Assembly: GCA_965224085.1 (NCBI GenBank) | Contig: CBDCYI010000011.1 | Location: forward strand, 1 to 64,000 | Origin: Candidatus Marinacidobacterales bacterium | Lineage (GTDB): Bacteria; Acidobacteriota; Vicinamibacteria; Marinacidobacterales; SMYC01 | DNA length: 64,000 bases | Direction: 5' to 3' | Shown: positions 17,149 to 27,886 of the stretch, in pieces | How the letters are laid out: every line of letters begins with the position of its first letter | How positions within the stretch are numbered: position 1 is the stretch's first letter | Program-made: the position numbers and the translations under genes | Notes under the pieces: model-generated | Seen by the model: only the letters and a program-made list of their open reading frames with translations | What the model was told of the DNA's origin: nothing | Database searches by the model: none

Positions 17149-18072
17149 TCAGGAGGTTCGGCGAAGGAACAGCTTGGCGAGCTCGGCCAGAGGCTCGGCG
17201 CTCTCACCGAAAGGAGCGAGTGCTGAGAGGGCCTTCGCCACGAGCTCCTGAGCTTTGTCACGGGCATTATCGATCCCATGCACTTGTGGATAGGTGGCTT
17301 TGCCGGCTCGAGCGTCCTTTCCCGCCGACTTTCCCAGTGTGTCGGACGTTCCCGTCACGTCGAGAATATCGTCGATAATCTGGAAGGCCAGTCCGATGTG
17401 CTCGCCGTAGAGCGTGAGGCGCTCGATGTCGTCTTCGGAACCGCCACCGACAATCGCGCCGACTTCCGCCGCTGCGCGAATGAGAGCGCCTGTTTTTTGA
17501 CGATGGATGAACTCGAGGCCGGCGGCGTCGGCCGGTGTCTGCTCCGCCTCGAGATCGGCGACTTGGCCGCCCACCATCCCGCCGGCACCGGACGCTACTG
17601 CGAGCCGCGCGACCGCGCGCAGTCGCTTCTCGGAAGGAACGGGGGAGTCGCCCTCCGCGAGCACCCTGAACGCATGGGTCTGGAGGGCGTCTCCCGCGAG
17701 GATGGCGATGGCGTCACCGAAGACAACATGGGGGGTCGGTTTTCCACGCCGGAGTGAATCGTCGTCCATGGCGGGGAGGTCGTCGTGCACGAGCGAATAG
17801 GTGTGGATCATCTCGAACGCGGCCGCCGCGGGCAACGCGTCTTCCATACGACCAGAAACCGCCTCCGCGCACGCCAGTACTAGAATCGGCCGTATCCGTT
17901 TCCCCCCGGCAAATAGGCTGTAGCGCACCGCTCGAGAGATCGTCCCCGGCGGCGTGTCCTCGCCCGGAACGCACTCGTCGAGAAACGACTCGATGAGGGC
18001 AGCTCTCTCGGCCAGATAATCGTCGAAGCGCGTGCTCACGGCTTTGGACTGACGGCTTATGACAGATTTCAT
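17149..18072 (-). CDS. ispA: Polyprenyl (farnesyl/geranylgeranyl) diphosphate synthase
   Basis: GGKRIRP, HDDLPAMDDDSLRRGKP, KTGAL, FQIIDDILD. Confidence 0.93.
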   Translation of the reverse strand: MKSVISRQSKAVSTRFDDYLAERAALIESFLDECVPGEDTPPGTISRAVRYSLFAGGKRIRPILVLACAEAVSGRMEDALPAAAAFEMIHTYSLVHDDLPAMDDDSLRRGKPTPHVVFGDAIAILAGDALQTHAFRVLAEGDSPVPSEKRLRAVARLAVASGAGGMVGGQVADLEAEQTPADAAGLEFIHRQKTGALIRAAAEVGAIVGGGSEDDIERLTLYGEHIGLAFQIIDDILDVTGTSDTLGKSAGKDARAGKATYPQVHGIDNARDKAQELVAKALSALAPFGESAEPLAELAKLFLRRTS

Positions 18073-18323
18073 TCGTCGAGCTCCAAAGATTTTCGACCAA
18101 CGGGCTCCCCGTCTTCGTTGGTCTGGAGGAGCTCGATACGTTTTTCCGCTTCCTCCAACTTGCTGTTACAAAAACGCGCGAGCCGCACGCCGTGCTCGTA
18201 GCGCGCGAGCGATTTCTCGAGACTCAGATCGCCTTCTTCGAGCTCGCGCACGATGCCCTCGAGTGTTTTGAGCGCGTCTTCGAAATCCTTCGGCTTGACG
18301 TCTTCAGGTTGTTCGATCGTCAT
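18069..18323 (-). CDS. xseB: Exodeoxyribonuclease VII small subunit
   Basis: FEDALKTLEGIVRELEEGDLSLEKSLARYEHG. Confidence 0.92.
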   Translation of the reverse strand: MTIEQPEDVKPKDFEDALKTLEGIVRELEEGDLSLEKSLARYEHGVRLARFCNSKLEEAEKRIELLQTNEDGEPVGRKSLELDE

Positions 18324-19674
18324 CTTTGTCTTCCACCCGGCAGTGAAGACTACCTTCGTCGAGATCAACTCGCAACGCGTCGCCCACCGCCGCGTCGGCC
18401 GCTCGACGCAGAAGCTTACCTTGAGCCGTCCACGTAAGGCTATAGCCACGACCGAGAACACCGAGAGGGGAAAGTGCGTCGAGCTTGGCTCCGAGTGCCG
18501 TGAGCGTCCGGTGGGCTCCCTGCTGTGCGCGAAGCTCGGCCGCGTCCAGACGTCCGGATAGGGCTGTGAGGGTGGAGCGGGCCTGGCCGAGCTTGTGGTC
18601 CATCCGCTGCGCGTCGAGCCGTCGTGTCGTCTCGTCGAGGCGTTTTCCGAGCGCCGCGAGGCGCCGTTCGACGAGGCCCCGGATGCGGTAATCGGCCTCG
18701 TCGACTTGCTGGCTGCGGCGCTCGACGCCGTGGCGCACCGCCATGAAAGCATGATGGGCAGCGACCCGCTGCACGTTCGCTTCGAGTCGATCGCGCCGGG
18801 CCTGCATGCTCTTATCCAATCGCCCTTTCAGAACCGTCACGCGCTCGAGGAAATCTTCCTTGCGCTCCACCACCATCTCTGCGGCGGCCGAAGGTGTCGC
18901 GGCGCGTCGGTCGGCCACGAAATCCGCAATGGTAAAATCTGCCTCGTGTCCCACCGCGCTCACGACCGGGATGCGGGATGTTGCGATGGCCCTCGCGACC
19001 GACTCTTCGTTGAACGGCCATAGATCTTCGAGCGATCCGCCGCCGCGTGTCACGATGAGCACGTCGAAGCCGCCCACGCGATTCAGGACTCGGACACCTT
19101 GGGCGATATTCGCTGCGGCCAGGTTTCCTTGCACTTTGGCAGGGTAGACCAGCACCTCGAGGTTCGGATAGCGCCCGTGCAGGATACGGCACACATCACG
19201 CACCGCGTCCCCCGAAGGCGAAGTGACAATCCCCACTCGTTGCGGCAGGAGCGGTAGGGCCCGCTTGCGGCTTTCAGCGAACAGGCCCTCTTTCTCGAGC
19301 TTGGCTTTGAGCTGTTCGAAAGCGAGCTGGAGCTCTCCTTTGCCGCGCGGCTCGATCCGCTTCACTTGGATTTGGTAGTTGCCCCGCGGCTCGTAAACGG
19401 TAATGTGACCCCAGATGAGCACCGCCATCCCGTTGTCGGGACGAAAGCGAACGCGTCGCGCGTCACTTTGAAACATCACGGCGGAAATCTGGGCCTCGTC
19501 GTCCTTGAGCGTGAAATAACGGTGACCTGAGGAGGGGCGTTTCAAGTTCGAAAGCTCGCCGGCGATCCAGATTCCCGTGAACGCGCGCTCGAGATGGTTC
19601 TTGATGTCGCGCGTGATCTCACCCACCGAGTAAATCGTGCGTTCCGCGTCGCGGCTCGCTGAGGAGGAAGACAC
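18304..19674 (-). CDS. xseA: Exodeoxyribonuclease VII large subunit
   Basis: GELSN...SGHRYFTLKD, GIVTSPSG, RGGGSLEDLWPFN, GHEADFTIADFVAD, LSPLGVLGRGY. Confidence 0.95.
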   Translation of the reverse strand: MSSSSASRDAERTIYSVGEITRDIKNHLERAFTGIWIAGELSNLKRPSSGHRYFTLKDDEAQISAVMFQSDARRVRFRPDNGMAVLIWGHITVYEPRGNYQIQVKRIEPRGKGELQLAFEQLKAKLEKEGLFAESRKRALPLLPQRVGIVTSPSGDAVRDVCRILHGRYPNLEVLVYPAKVQGNLAAANIAQGVRVLNRVGGFDVLIVTRGGGSLEDLWPFNEESVARAIATSRIPVVSAVGHEADFTIADFVADRRAATPSAAAEMVVERKEDFLERVTVLKGRLDKSMQARRDRLEANVQRVAAHHAFMAVRHGVERRSQQVDEADYRIRGLVERRLAALGKRLDETTRRLDAQRMDHKLGQARSTLTALSGRLDAAELRAQQGAHRTLTALGAKLDALSPLGVLGRGYSLTWTAQGKLLRRAADAAVGDALRVDLDEGSLHCRVEDKDDDRTT

Positions 19675-19679
19675 TTTTC

Positions 19680-20477
19680 CTACAGGCTCGAGAGGTCGGC
19701 TTGTGTGAGCTTGAAGCGCTTGATGTCGCGAGCGAGCCCGGTCTCCTCGTCGATATCGATGACAACGCCGCACATCCAAGGGTTCGCCTTCGCAGTCTCG
19801 AACTTGGTTGGGATCCCTTTCAAAAAGCGCGGGAGCGATGTTTTGGGCGCGATGCCGATGACGGAGTCATAGGGGCCGCACATGCCGAGATCGGTGATAT
19901 AGGCCGTCCCTTTGGGGAGGATGCGCTCATCCGCGGTGGGGACGTGGGTGTGGGTTCCCACCATGGCGGAAACGCGTCCGTCGAGATACCAGGCCATCGC
20001 CATTTTCTCGGACGTTGCCTCGCCGTGAAAGTCGATGAGGATGAACTTCGTCTTCTTGCTAAGTGTCTCGAGCTCGCGGTCGATGCCTTTGAATGGACAA
20101 TCGATGATGGGCATGAAGACGCGGCCCTGCAGGTTGACGACGGCGACGTCGAGCCCCGATGCGGTAGTGGCCACGTAGCTTCCGCCCCCCTGACACGAAT
20201 CGGGGTAGTTGAGGGGGCGCAGAAGACGCGGTTCGCGATCGATATAGCCGAGGATTTCTCTCTTGTCCCAGACATGGTTTCCGGTCGTGAGCACGTCGAC
20301 ACCTGCCTCGAAGAGCTGGTCCGCGATGTCGGGCGTGACCCCGAAGCCCGCCGCCGCGTTCTCTACGTTGACGACGATGAGGTCGAAATCGTCCTGCTTT
20401 TGGAGGTGCCGAAGTCCATCCCGGACGATCTTTCGGCCCGCCCTGCCGACGATGTCGCCGGCGACGAGAAGCTTCAC
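19680..20477 (-). CDS. ymdB: YmdB/TIGR00282 family metallophosphoesterase
   Basis: GDIVG, NVENAAAG, GNHVWD, DFHGEATSEK, GTHTHV. Confidence 0.92.
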   Translation of the reverse strand: MKLLVAGDIVGRAGRKIVRDGLRHLQKQDDFDLIVVNVENAAAGFGVTPDIADQLFEAGVDVLTTGNHVWDKREILGYIDREPRLLRPLNYPDSCQGGGSYVATTASGLDVAVVNLQGRVFMPIIDCPFKGIDRELETLSKKTKFILIDFHGEATSEKMAMAWYLDGRVSAMVGTHTHVPTADERILPKGTAYITDLGMCGPYDSVIGIAPKTSLPRFLKGIPTKFETAKANPWMCGVVIDIDEETGLARDIKRFKLTQADLSSL

Positions 20478-22909
20478 TTCACTGCCGTCCCGGCGGGTTG
20501 CGAAGACGAGGAACGGCGCGAAATCCGGGCCGGAGTATCGGCGATGCGGAAAATCTTGCCGTGATCGACGAGGGCAGCCTTCAAAACTTCATCGACTTCA
20601 TCCACGAGCTTGAAGTCCATATCCCGCCGGACATAGGCGGGAAGCTCGTCCACGTCCTTTCCATTGATCCGTGGAAGAACGACGGTATCGATTTTGGCGC
20701 GCCGCGCCGCAAGAACTTTGGACTTCACGCCGCCGACGGGAAGGACGTTCCCGCGTAAAGTGATCTCGCCCGTGAGCGCGACGTTGCGGCGAACGGGCGT
20801 ATCCGTGAGGACAGAGATCATCGCGAGCGCCATCGTGACGCCTGCCGAGGGCCCGTCCTTCGGGATGGCGCCCTCCGGAATATGGATGTGGACGTCAAGC
20901 GTCGAAAAGCGCCTTTCGTCGATGTGAAACTCCGCGGCTCGCGAGCGCGCATAGGAGAGCGCCGCCCTCGCGGATTCTCGCATCACGTCTCCAAGGGTGC
21001 CCGTCAAAATCAGCTCGCCTTTGCCTTTCATCACCATTGCTTCGACGAATAATATCTCGCCACCGGTCGGTGTCCAAGCAAGTCCCGTCGCGATGCCGAC
21101 CCGGTCCTTTTTTAAATTCTCTTCCGGGATGTGCACGGCCGCGCCGAGAAAACGCGTGAGATTCCCGGCGGTCACGCGACTCAACTCTTCGCGTCCTTGG
21201 GCGACGCGCTTGGCGATTTTGCGGCAGACGCGTGACACCTGGCGCTCGAGACCACGCAGTCCGGCTTCGCGCGTGTAGCGGGTAATCATCTGCCGCAACG
21301 ATTCATCGCTGAACCTGATCTGCTCCGCGGTCAATCCGTTCTCCGCTATTTGGCGCGGCAGCAGGTGGCGATTCGAGATCTCGAGCTTTTCCTCTTCTGT
21401 ATATCCCGTGAGCTCGATGACCTCCATCCGGTCGAGGAATGCCGGCTGGACCGGGTCGAGCTGGTTCGCGGTCGCGATGAACATCACGTTCGAAAGATCG
21501 AAAGAGACGCCGAGATAGTTGTCACGGAAGGTGTGGTTCTGCTCGGGGTCGAGAACTTCGAGAAGCGCGGAGCTCGGGTCGCCACGATAGTCGGAGCCGA
21601 GCTTGTCGACCTCGTCGAGCATGAAAACCGGATTGCACGTGCCGGCCTGCTGTAGCCCTTGAATGATACGGCCTGGCATCGAGCCGACATAGGTGCGACG
21701 GTGGCCGCGGATTTCCGCTTCGTCGCGCACGCCCCCGAGAGAGATGCGGTGGAACTGCCGGCCCACCGCCCGCGCGATTGAGCGGCCGAGCGACGTTTTG
21801 CCGACGCCGGGAGGGCCGACGAAGCAAAGAATCGGACCTTTCATTTTCTTCTTGAGCTTGCGCACCGCGAGATATTCGATGATCCGGTCTTTGATGCGCT
21901 CGAGCCCGTAATGGTCGTGATCGAGAATAGCGCGGGCCTTCTCGAGGTCGAGATTGTCGCGGCTGTACTTGCTCCACGGCAGATTGACCATGCATTCGAG
22001 ATAGTTTCGGAGCGTGGCCGTCTCCGCGGCGTCGGGATGCATCCGCTCGAGTTTTCCGATCTGTCGGTTGACCTCTTTGAAGACGTCTTTCGGCATCTTT
22101 GCCTTGCGCGCTTTGCTTTTGAACTGCCGCACTTCTTCCGCGAGCTCGTTGCCTTCTCCGAGTTCGGATTGAATCGCTTTCAATTGCTGCCTGAGGAAGA
22201 ACTCCCGCTGGCTGCGATCCATTTCGCCGCGCGCTTGAGAGCTGATCTGCTGTTGCATCGTGAGGACTTCGAGCTCTTTGGTGATGAGCTCGTGGACCTT
22301 CTTGAGGCGCACGCTCGGTTCGATCGTCTCGAGGATTTCTTGCGCCGCATCGACTTTGAGATCGAGATTCGAGACCGCGAGATCGGCGAGCCGACCTGGG
22401 TCATCCAAATTTGCGGCGATGACCATCACTTCGGGTGAGATGGACTTGCCGAGGTTGACCGACTTCTCGAGCGCCTCTTTGACGTTGCGCATGAGCGCTT
22501 CGAGCTCGAGCGAGTCTTCTTCCCACTGCTCTTCGTCTACGGATGTGAGATTCGCAAGAAAATACGGACTGTCCTGACGGAAACCGTCCACATGCGCACG
22601 ATTCATGCCTTGGACGAGGACCCGGATGCGGCCATCGGGAAGCTTCAGCATGCGCATGATGACGGCGACCGTACCCATGCGGTGAAGCTCGTCCTTGCCG
22701 GGTGTCTCGCGATCCTGGTCTTTCTGCGCCACGAGGCAGATCATCCGGTTATCGGCGAGGGCCGAGTCGACCGCTCTGACGGATTTGTCGCGACTCACGT
22801 AGAGTGGGACGATCATGAAAGGGAAGATGACGATATCCCGCAGGGGGAGTACCGGCAGTGCTTCCGGGACGTCAATCGTGTCTTGGTTTTCGTTCGATTC
22901 CGGGTCCAT
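20474..22909 (-). CDS. lon: ATP-dependent Lon protease
   Basis: [42 protein letters not shown]. Confidence 0.97.
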   Translation of the reverse strand: MDPESNENQDTIDVPEALPVLPLRDIVIFPFMIVPLYVSRDKSVRAVDSALADNRMICLVAQKDQDRETPGKDELHRMGTVAVIMRMLKLPDGRIRVLVQGMNRAHVDGFRQDSPYFLANLTSVDEEQWEEDSLELEALMRNVKEALEKSVNLGKSISPEVMVIAANLDDPGRLADLAVSNLDLKVDAAQEILETIEPSVRLKKVHELITKELEVLTMQQQISSQARGEMDRSQREFFLRQQLKAIQSELGEGNELAEEVRQFKSKARKAKMPKDVFKEVNRQIGKLERMHPDAAETATLRNYLECMVNLPWSKYSRDNLDLEKARAILDHDHYGLERIKDRIIEYLAVRKLKKKMKGPILCFVGPPGVGKTSLGRSIARAVGRQFHRISLGGVRDEAEIRGHRRTYVGSMPGRIIQGLQQAGTCNPVFMLDEVDKLGSDYRGDPSSALLEVLDPEQNHTFRDNYLGVSFDLSNVMFIATANQLDPVQPAFLDRMEVIELTGYTEEEKLEISNRHLLPRQIAENGLTAEQIRFSDESLRQMITRYTREAGLRGLERQVSRVCRKIAKRVAQGREELSRVTAGNLTRFLGAAVHIPEENLKKDRVGIATGLAWTPTGGEILFVEAMVMKGKGELILTGTLGDVMRESARAALSYARSRAAEFHIDERRFSTLDVHIHIPEGAIPKDGPSAGVTMALAMISVLTDTPVRRNVALTGEITLRGNVLPVGGVKSKVLAARRAKIDTVVLPRINGKDVDELPAYVRRDMDFKLVDEVDEVLKAALVDHGKIFRIADTPARISRRSSSSQPAGTAVK

Positions 22910-22921
22910 CGGTGCTTGAGC

Positions 22922-23377
22922 TCAGCTTCCTGCTTCGATTTTCAACCGGAACTCGGATCCTCGACGATCTTCGAGCTTCGGGATTGTTACCGTGAGCACG
23001 CCGTCTTGTAACTCTGCGCGCGCCTGGGTCAAGTCAGTCGCCTGGTCGATGTAGAGGGAGCGGCTGAACTTGCCAAAGCTTCTCTCGAGACAAAGATAGC
23101 CTCGCACTGTATCGTCAACCGGAGGCTTTCGTTTCTCGCCCGAGAGCACGAGCTTTGGCCCGTTGAAGACGACATCGAGCTCGTCGATGCCGAAACCAGG
23201 AGCTTCGACGTTGACGACGACGCTTTTCTTCGTCTCGAGAACGTCGACGCGCGGAAACCACTCACCGAGGTTGATGCCGGGCTCGGCGCTGTCGATTTGG
23301 GCGAGGTGCTCGAAAAGCTTGTTGATATCTTTTCGCAAACTCGTTGCTTCGGGAAGAGCGCCCCTTTTCTGGACCAT
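22922..23377 (-). CDS. Hsp20/alpha-crystallin small heat-shock protein
   Basis: PRVDV.E, ERSFGKFSR, AELQDGVLTVTIPK. Confidence 0.9.
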   Translation of the reverse strand: MVQKRGALPEATSLRKDINKLFEHLAQIDSAEPGINLGEWFPRVDVLETKKSVVVNVEAPGFGIDELDVVFNGPKLVLSGEKRKPPVDDTVRGYLCLERSFGKFSRSLYIDQATDLTQARAELQDGVLTVTIPKLEDRRGSEFRLKIEAGS

Positions 23378-23487
23378 GATGCCTCTAAAGGAAAGGTTTG
23401 ATCTGACGGTAACACACGCAGTTACGCCCGTCAAAGAAAGAGAGCGCTACGTTGTAGCAAACAGGGTAGCCGGTAGCAGAAAGTGAT

Positions 23488-25185
23488 CTACAGACGCTTG
23501 ACAACAATAACCGTGACGTCGTCCGTCGCAGGCCTGCCCTTGGTAAAGGTCTCGACGTCGCTTTGGATGAGTTTCTCGAGATCCACGGCCGATAGCGACT
23601 CATTTTCCTTCACGAGCTCTGCAAGGCGGTCCTCGCCGTACTCTTCCTCGTTGTCGCCCCAAGCTTCGCTGATGCCGTCGGTGAAGACGACAAGGATGTC
23701 CCCGGGCAGAAGCTGGGTTTCGCCTTCCACGAAGGGCGCAGAGTCGAAGAGCCCGAGCACCGTGCCGCCTTCTTCGAGGCGCTCGATGGTGTTCGTGGCC
23801 TTCTTGTAGACGATTGGCGGGATGTGCCCCGCATTGACGTAGCGCATCTTCCCCGAGGGCGTTTCGAGATCGCACAGGAAAAACGTCGCGTAGAACTGCG
23901 GCGGGGAGTTGTCGAATACGACGCCGTTCGTCTGGCTGATGATGTCCACCACGGTCTTTTCGCGCTCGCTTGCGAAGTGGATCGTGGCCCGCAGCACCAT
24001 CATCATGAGCGCCGCGCCTGCACCTTTGCCCGAGACATCCCCGAGGGCGACGAAAAACCCGCCCTCCCGCTCGATGAAATCGTAATAGTCGCCGCCGATC
24101 GTGTAACAAGGCGTGTTCGTGCCGACGAGCTCCCAGCCCGAGATGGCGGGCGCCCTGCTCGGCAGACGCCCTTGCTGGATATCGCCGGCGAGCTCGAGCT
24201 CGCGTTCCATGCGCTTTTTCTCGATCATCTCGTCGAGAAGTCTAGCGTTCTCGAGCTTGACGGCTGCCACGTTGGCGAGTGATGTGAGAAGCGTAAGGTC
24301 GTCCTGACTGAAACGGTTCTCCTGTATAAGGCTATCGACGTAAATGAGGCCCATCACCGTCTCGTCGTGCCAAAGAGGCACGCACATCGCCGAGCGGATG
24401 CCGAGCGAAACGATGGACTGTTGCTGGTCGAATCTCGGGTCGCTGAGCGCGTTGTTCGTGAGGATCGAGACCTTCTCCTGCAGGACCTTGTCGGCGATAG
24501 AACGGCTGAAGCTGATCTCCTCGTCGGGGTTCTTGTCACTGCTCGTTAGGACCGATTCGACTTGCAGGGCGCCGTTCGATTGCAGCATCAGGACGCCGCG
24601 CTCGGCGCGGATCACTTTGAACGCGAGCTCGAGGATGAACTCGAGGAGCTCTTTGACGGGACGGTTACTAATGAGCGCCATACTCGCTTGGCTAAGGGCG
24701 CTCAAAATCTGGTTCTGCTTTCGGATGCGGGCGCCCTCGTCCGAGAGGGCGGGTACCGGGCTTCGCTCGCCGATGTTGTCCCACGTGTCTTCCTGCGGCC
24801 TTGCCGCGGCGAGAAGTTGTTTGGTCGGGAGGACAACTGTTCCCTCCGTGTCGAAGCCGCCCGGCGTGAGCCGGACGTTACCCGAGGCTTCGTCGACGAA
24901 TGTCAACTGTTGGTCGCCGAGCGTAATCACGTCGTCGTTTTGAAGCGGGATGATGCGGGCGATTTTCTCGCCGTTCACATAGGTCCCGTTGCGACTCTCG
25001 AGGTCCGCAATCGTGTAGTCGCCATCGTCGTTGCGGATCTCCGCGTGGTGGCGTGAGAGCCATTGGTCCGCCAAGACGAGGTCGTTTCGCTTGGAGCGGC
25101 CGATGCTGATGACGTCCTTCTCGAGGGGAAAGTGGTAGGCCTCGCCGTGAAGCGGCTTGACGACGAGTTCTGGAGTGCTTGCCAT
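23488..25185 (-). CDS. FHA-GAF-SpoIIE (PP2C) Ser/Thr phosphatase
   Basis: FHA (IGRS...SRHHA...SRNGT), GAF (SAMCVPL...IYVD), PP2C (GGDYYD, GDVSGKG, TDG, DDVT). Confidence 0.92.
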   Translation of the reverse strand: MASTPELVVKPLHGEAYHFPLEKDVISIGRSKRNDLVLADQWLSRHHAEIRNDDGDYTIADLESRNGTYVNGEKIARIIPLQNDDVITLGDQQLTFVDEASGNVRLTPGGFDTEGTVVLPTKQLLAAARPQEDTWDNIGERSPVPALSDEGARIRKQNQILSALSQASMALISNRPVKELLEFILELAFKVIRAERGVLMLQSNGALQVESVLTSSDKNPDEEISFSRSIADKVLQEKVSILTNNALSDPRFDQQQSIVSLGIRSAMCVPLWHDETVMGLIYVDSLIQENRFSQDDLTLLTSLANVAAVKLENARLLDEMIEKKRMERELELAGDIQQGRLPSRAPAISGWELVGTNTPCYTIGGDYYDFIEREGGFFVALGDVSGKGAGAALMMMVLRATIHFASEREKTVVDIISQTNGVVFDNSPPQFYATFFLCDLETPSGKMRYVNAGHIPPIVYKKATNTIERLEEGGTVLGLFDSAPFVEGETQLLPGDILVVFTDGISEAWGDNEEEYGEDRLAELVKENESLSAVDLEKLIQSDVETFTKGRPATDDVTVIVVKRL

Positions 25186-25248
25186 GCAGACGAAACTCGG
25201 ACCGAAAGTCGCTACGTTACGCGAAGCCTCCAGCGGGTAATAGTGACC

Positions 25249-25980
25249 CTAGTTTCCAAGCGGGTTCTCCTCATCCAAGTGCGAGGGCACTCCCGGCTCG
25301 GGCCCTCCCGAGGACATCTCGGGCGTCTCGTCTTTCTGGACTTCGATTGCGATGGCCGGATCCGCTTCGGCATGCGGCAACTCGTCCGCGTGGGAGGCCT
25401 CCTCTGCTTTTCGTTGTTGGCGCGCGGCTCGGCGACGCTGCTTGGCTTCTTCCTTTTCCTTGCGCTCGTGTTCGGCCAAGGACTCTTGAAGGACACGGGT
25501 CATGAACGCTTGAGCTTCGGCCCGGGTGCATTCCCTGGAAATCGAAACTTCCGCAGCGATCCAGCTTCGAATTCTCTTGCGCGTCTGCTCTTCCTCGCGA
25601 CCGAGACCCTCCGTTTGGCGCAGCAGATGAAGCTGTTTCAGCGCGCGCGAGAGCGCTTCGGGGGAGCCGTCCACGATGAGTCGCTCCGTGAGTGCGCGGC
25701 GCTCGTCCTCATCCTCGATGGGCTCTTCGAACTCGGACGAGAGAACGCGCTTGATCTCTTCGAAAGCCGTCCCCGCCGGTCGGAGGTTGAGCTGCGGTAT
25801 ACGGGCTACAGGGATCAGGATACGGCTGCCCTCCTCCAGATCCTCGAGCTCCAAAAGCTCCGTCCCGGGCGCGGCGCGGTCTTCCGTGACCCCGCGATAA
25901 ATACAGTGGCCGACCTTCGGGTAGAACACCGGCTCACCGGGCTCCGGAAGCCCCGCTAAAACCGGATTATCCTGCGCCAC
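25249..25980 (-). CDS. Divergent CarD-like regulator with charged C-terminal extension
   Basis: GEPVFYPKVG...ILIPV...NLRP resembles the CarD RNAP-interaction domain; IAAEVSI helix; SD GGAGG. Confidence 0.6.
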   Translation of the reverse strand: MAQDNPVLAGLPEPGEPVFYPKVGHCIYRGVTEDRAAPGTELLELEDLEEGSRILIPVARIPQLNLRPAGTAFEEIKRVLSSEFEEPIEDEDERRALTERLIVDGSPEALSRALKQLHLLRQTEGLGREEEQTRKRIRSWIAAEVSISRECTRAEAQAFMTRVLQESLAEHERKEKEEAKQRRRAARQQRKAEEASHADELPHAEADPAIAIEVQKDETPEMSSGGPEPGVPSHLDEENPLGN

Positions 25981-26162
25981 CGTTCACCTCCCTTCGTTAG
26001 CCTCGCGCTAACAATATCACGTCTTTGTCGGGAAAAAGGCTTGGTCCCCATCGAGCGGTATGCCAAACCAGCGTGGGATGTCAAGCTGGTGGTGCGGTGA
26101 TTATCCCCATGTAAACGGAACTTGCGGGTCGTTTTGTCGAACCCTAGTGCTCGAACCCGGTA

Positions 26163-27059
26163 CTAGTTCGACATGCCGATCGTGGTCTTCAGTTGCTCGA
26201 TGAGCGCATCGACGTCGCCAGCGTCGGGGGCGTCGGGGGCGCTGTGTCGGTACTGGGCGAGCGCGCGGACGGCTTCGAGGGGGCGGTCGAGCCGAGCTAG
26301 CAAAACGCCGCGATCCCGCAATTCTCCGAGCGTGTTGGGAGCCAGTAACAGCATTCTCTCGACTGCCGCGAGGGCGCGTAGGGAGTCGCGCTCGCGGAGA
26401 TAGATCGATTTCAAGTTTCCGAGCATCCGGAACAGCAGCATGCGGCGGCTCGTCGGGCGCAGCAGCTTGGGCTCATGCTGCACACGGCCGCCGAACGAGG
26501 TGTTGAGGCGCGATTGGAGCTCTTCGTGCCCGACAACGGTTCCGCCGTGGAACGGATCGATGACGATCTCTTCGTCTGATGAAGCGTGCTTGACGAGAAA
26601 GTGCCCGGGGTAGCCGACGCCTTGAAGGTCGAAGCCGATGCGGCGCGCTACCTCGAGATACAACGTCGACAGCGTGATCGGGATACCGAGGTGACGGTCG
26701 AGCACTTCGTTGAGGAAACTGTTGCGCGGGTCGTGATATTGAGACGCGTTTCCAGAAAAGCCTTCTTCCTCGACGAGCACTTGGGTCATCCGCGTGAGCG
26801 TTTCGTGCGGGCCGGCATCGCGGTAGAGTCGTGAGTCGACGCGCTCCGCTAACCTATCGATCTTCTGCAGATAGCTCTCGACGGGGAGGGCTGGGTATTC
26901 CTCGGCGGCTATGAGGAGCGCGGCGCGGTCGAGCTCGAAATCGTCTCCGTGCGACTCGATGAGCTCACGGAAGTTGGCGCGCGCGGTCACTTTGAGAAAG
27001 CCTCTGTCATAATGGACTTGTGAAGGCTCCGCTTCGGGGCGAAGACCGTCGCTCACCAT
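26163..27059 (-). CDS. SirB1 family (transglutaminase-like core + TPR) protein
   Basis: YHDPRNSFLNEVLDRHLGIPITLS, PGHFLV, IDPF, RMLGNLK, RDRG; start uncertain. Confidence 0.88.
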   Translation of the reverse strand: MVSDGLRPEAEPSQVHYDRGFLKVTARANFRELIESHGDDFELDRAALLIAAEEYPALPVESYLQKIDRLAERVDSRLYRDAGPHETLTRMTQVLVEEEGFSGNASQYHDPRNSFLNEVLDRHLGIPITLSTLYLEVARRIGFDLQGVGYPGHFLVKHASSDEEIVIDPFHGGTVVGHEELQSRLNTSFGGRVQHEPKLLRPTSRRMLLFRMLGNLKSIYLRERDSLRALAAVERMLLLAPNTLGELRDRGVLLARLDRPLEAVRALAQYRHSAPDAPDAGDVDALIEQLKTTIGMSN

Positions 27060-27106
27060 CCTAGCATCTCCTTGTTTTTGATGGTGCCGATGCCCGTGCT
27101 GTTTCC

Positions 27107-27886
27107 ATGTTGTTTGAAGAAAAGCTGATTTTTTCCCCATCGCGCGGCTTCTCCACCACGCCCGAAGCGCTGGGTCTTCGTCACGACGAGTTGACGCTCG
27201 TCACCGAGGACGGTAAGCGTGAGCGTATCCATGCGTGGTTCCTACCTACAGGCGCCACCGGCCCTGACACGCGGTTCACCGTGCTCATGTGCCACGGCAA
27301 CGCGGGCAACATTTCGGACCGGCTCGACCGGACGCTTCTGATGCAGGTAAACCTCGGAACGGATGTTCTTCTCTTCGACTATCGAGGTTTCGGCGAAAGC
27401 TCGGGAAGCCCGACCGAGAAGGGAACCTATGAAGACGCCCGTGCGGCTTATCGCTATCTGGTCCGCGAGCGCGGCCTCGACACTCGGAGCATCGTGTTGT
27501 TTGGAGAATCTCTCGGCGCCGCTGTCGCGCTCGACCTCGCCCTCGAGGTCGAGGCGGCCGGGCTCGTACTCGAAGCGCCGTTCACCTCGATTCATGATAT
27601 GGCGAAGGAGGTGTATCCCTTCGTTCCGACGTCTCTGCTCAGAACCCATTACGACAATCTCGGAAAGATCCCGCGCCTCGGAATGCCGCTTCTCGTCGTG
27701 CACGGAACCGCCGACCCCACGGTTCCGTTCGAGCAAGGGAGCCGTCTCTTCGATGCTGCGCCGGAGCCAAAAGTCTTTTTCGAGGTCGAGGGTGCCGGTC
27801 ATACGGACGCGTTTGTAGTAGCTCGAGATCGCTACTGGAGCACGTGGCGGGATTTTCTATCGAGTCTATCTTTTGAAGGGAAGTGA
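27107..27886 (+). CDS. Alpha/beta hydrolase
   Basis: HGNAGN, DYRGFG, GESLG, HGTAD, GAGH. Confidence 0.9.
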   Translation: MLFEEKLIFSPSRGFSTTPEALGLRHDELTLVTEDGKRERIHAWFLPTGATGPDTRFTVLMCHGNAGNISDRLDRTLLMQVNLGTDVLLFDYRGFGESSGSPTEKGTYEDARAAYRYLVRERGLDTRSIVLFGESLGAAVALDLALEVEAAGLVLEAPFTSIHDMAKEVYPFVPTSLLRTHYDNLGKIPRLGMPLLVVHGTADPTVPFEQGSRLFDAAPEPKVFFEVEGAGHTDAFVVARDRYWSTWRDFLSSLSFEGK

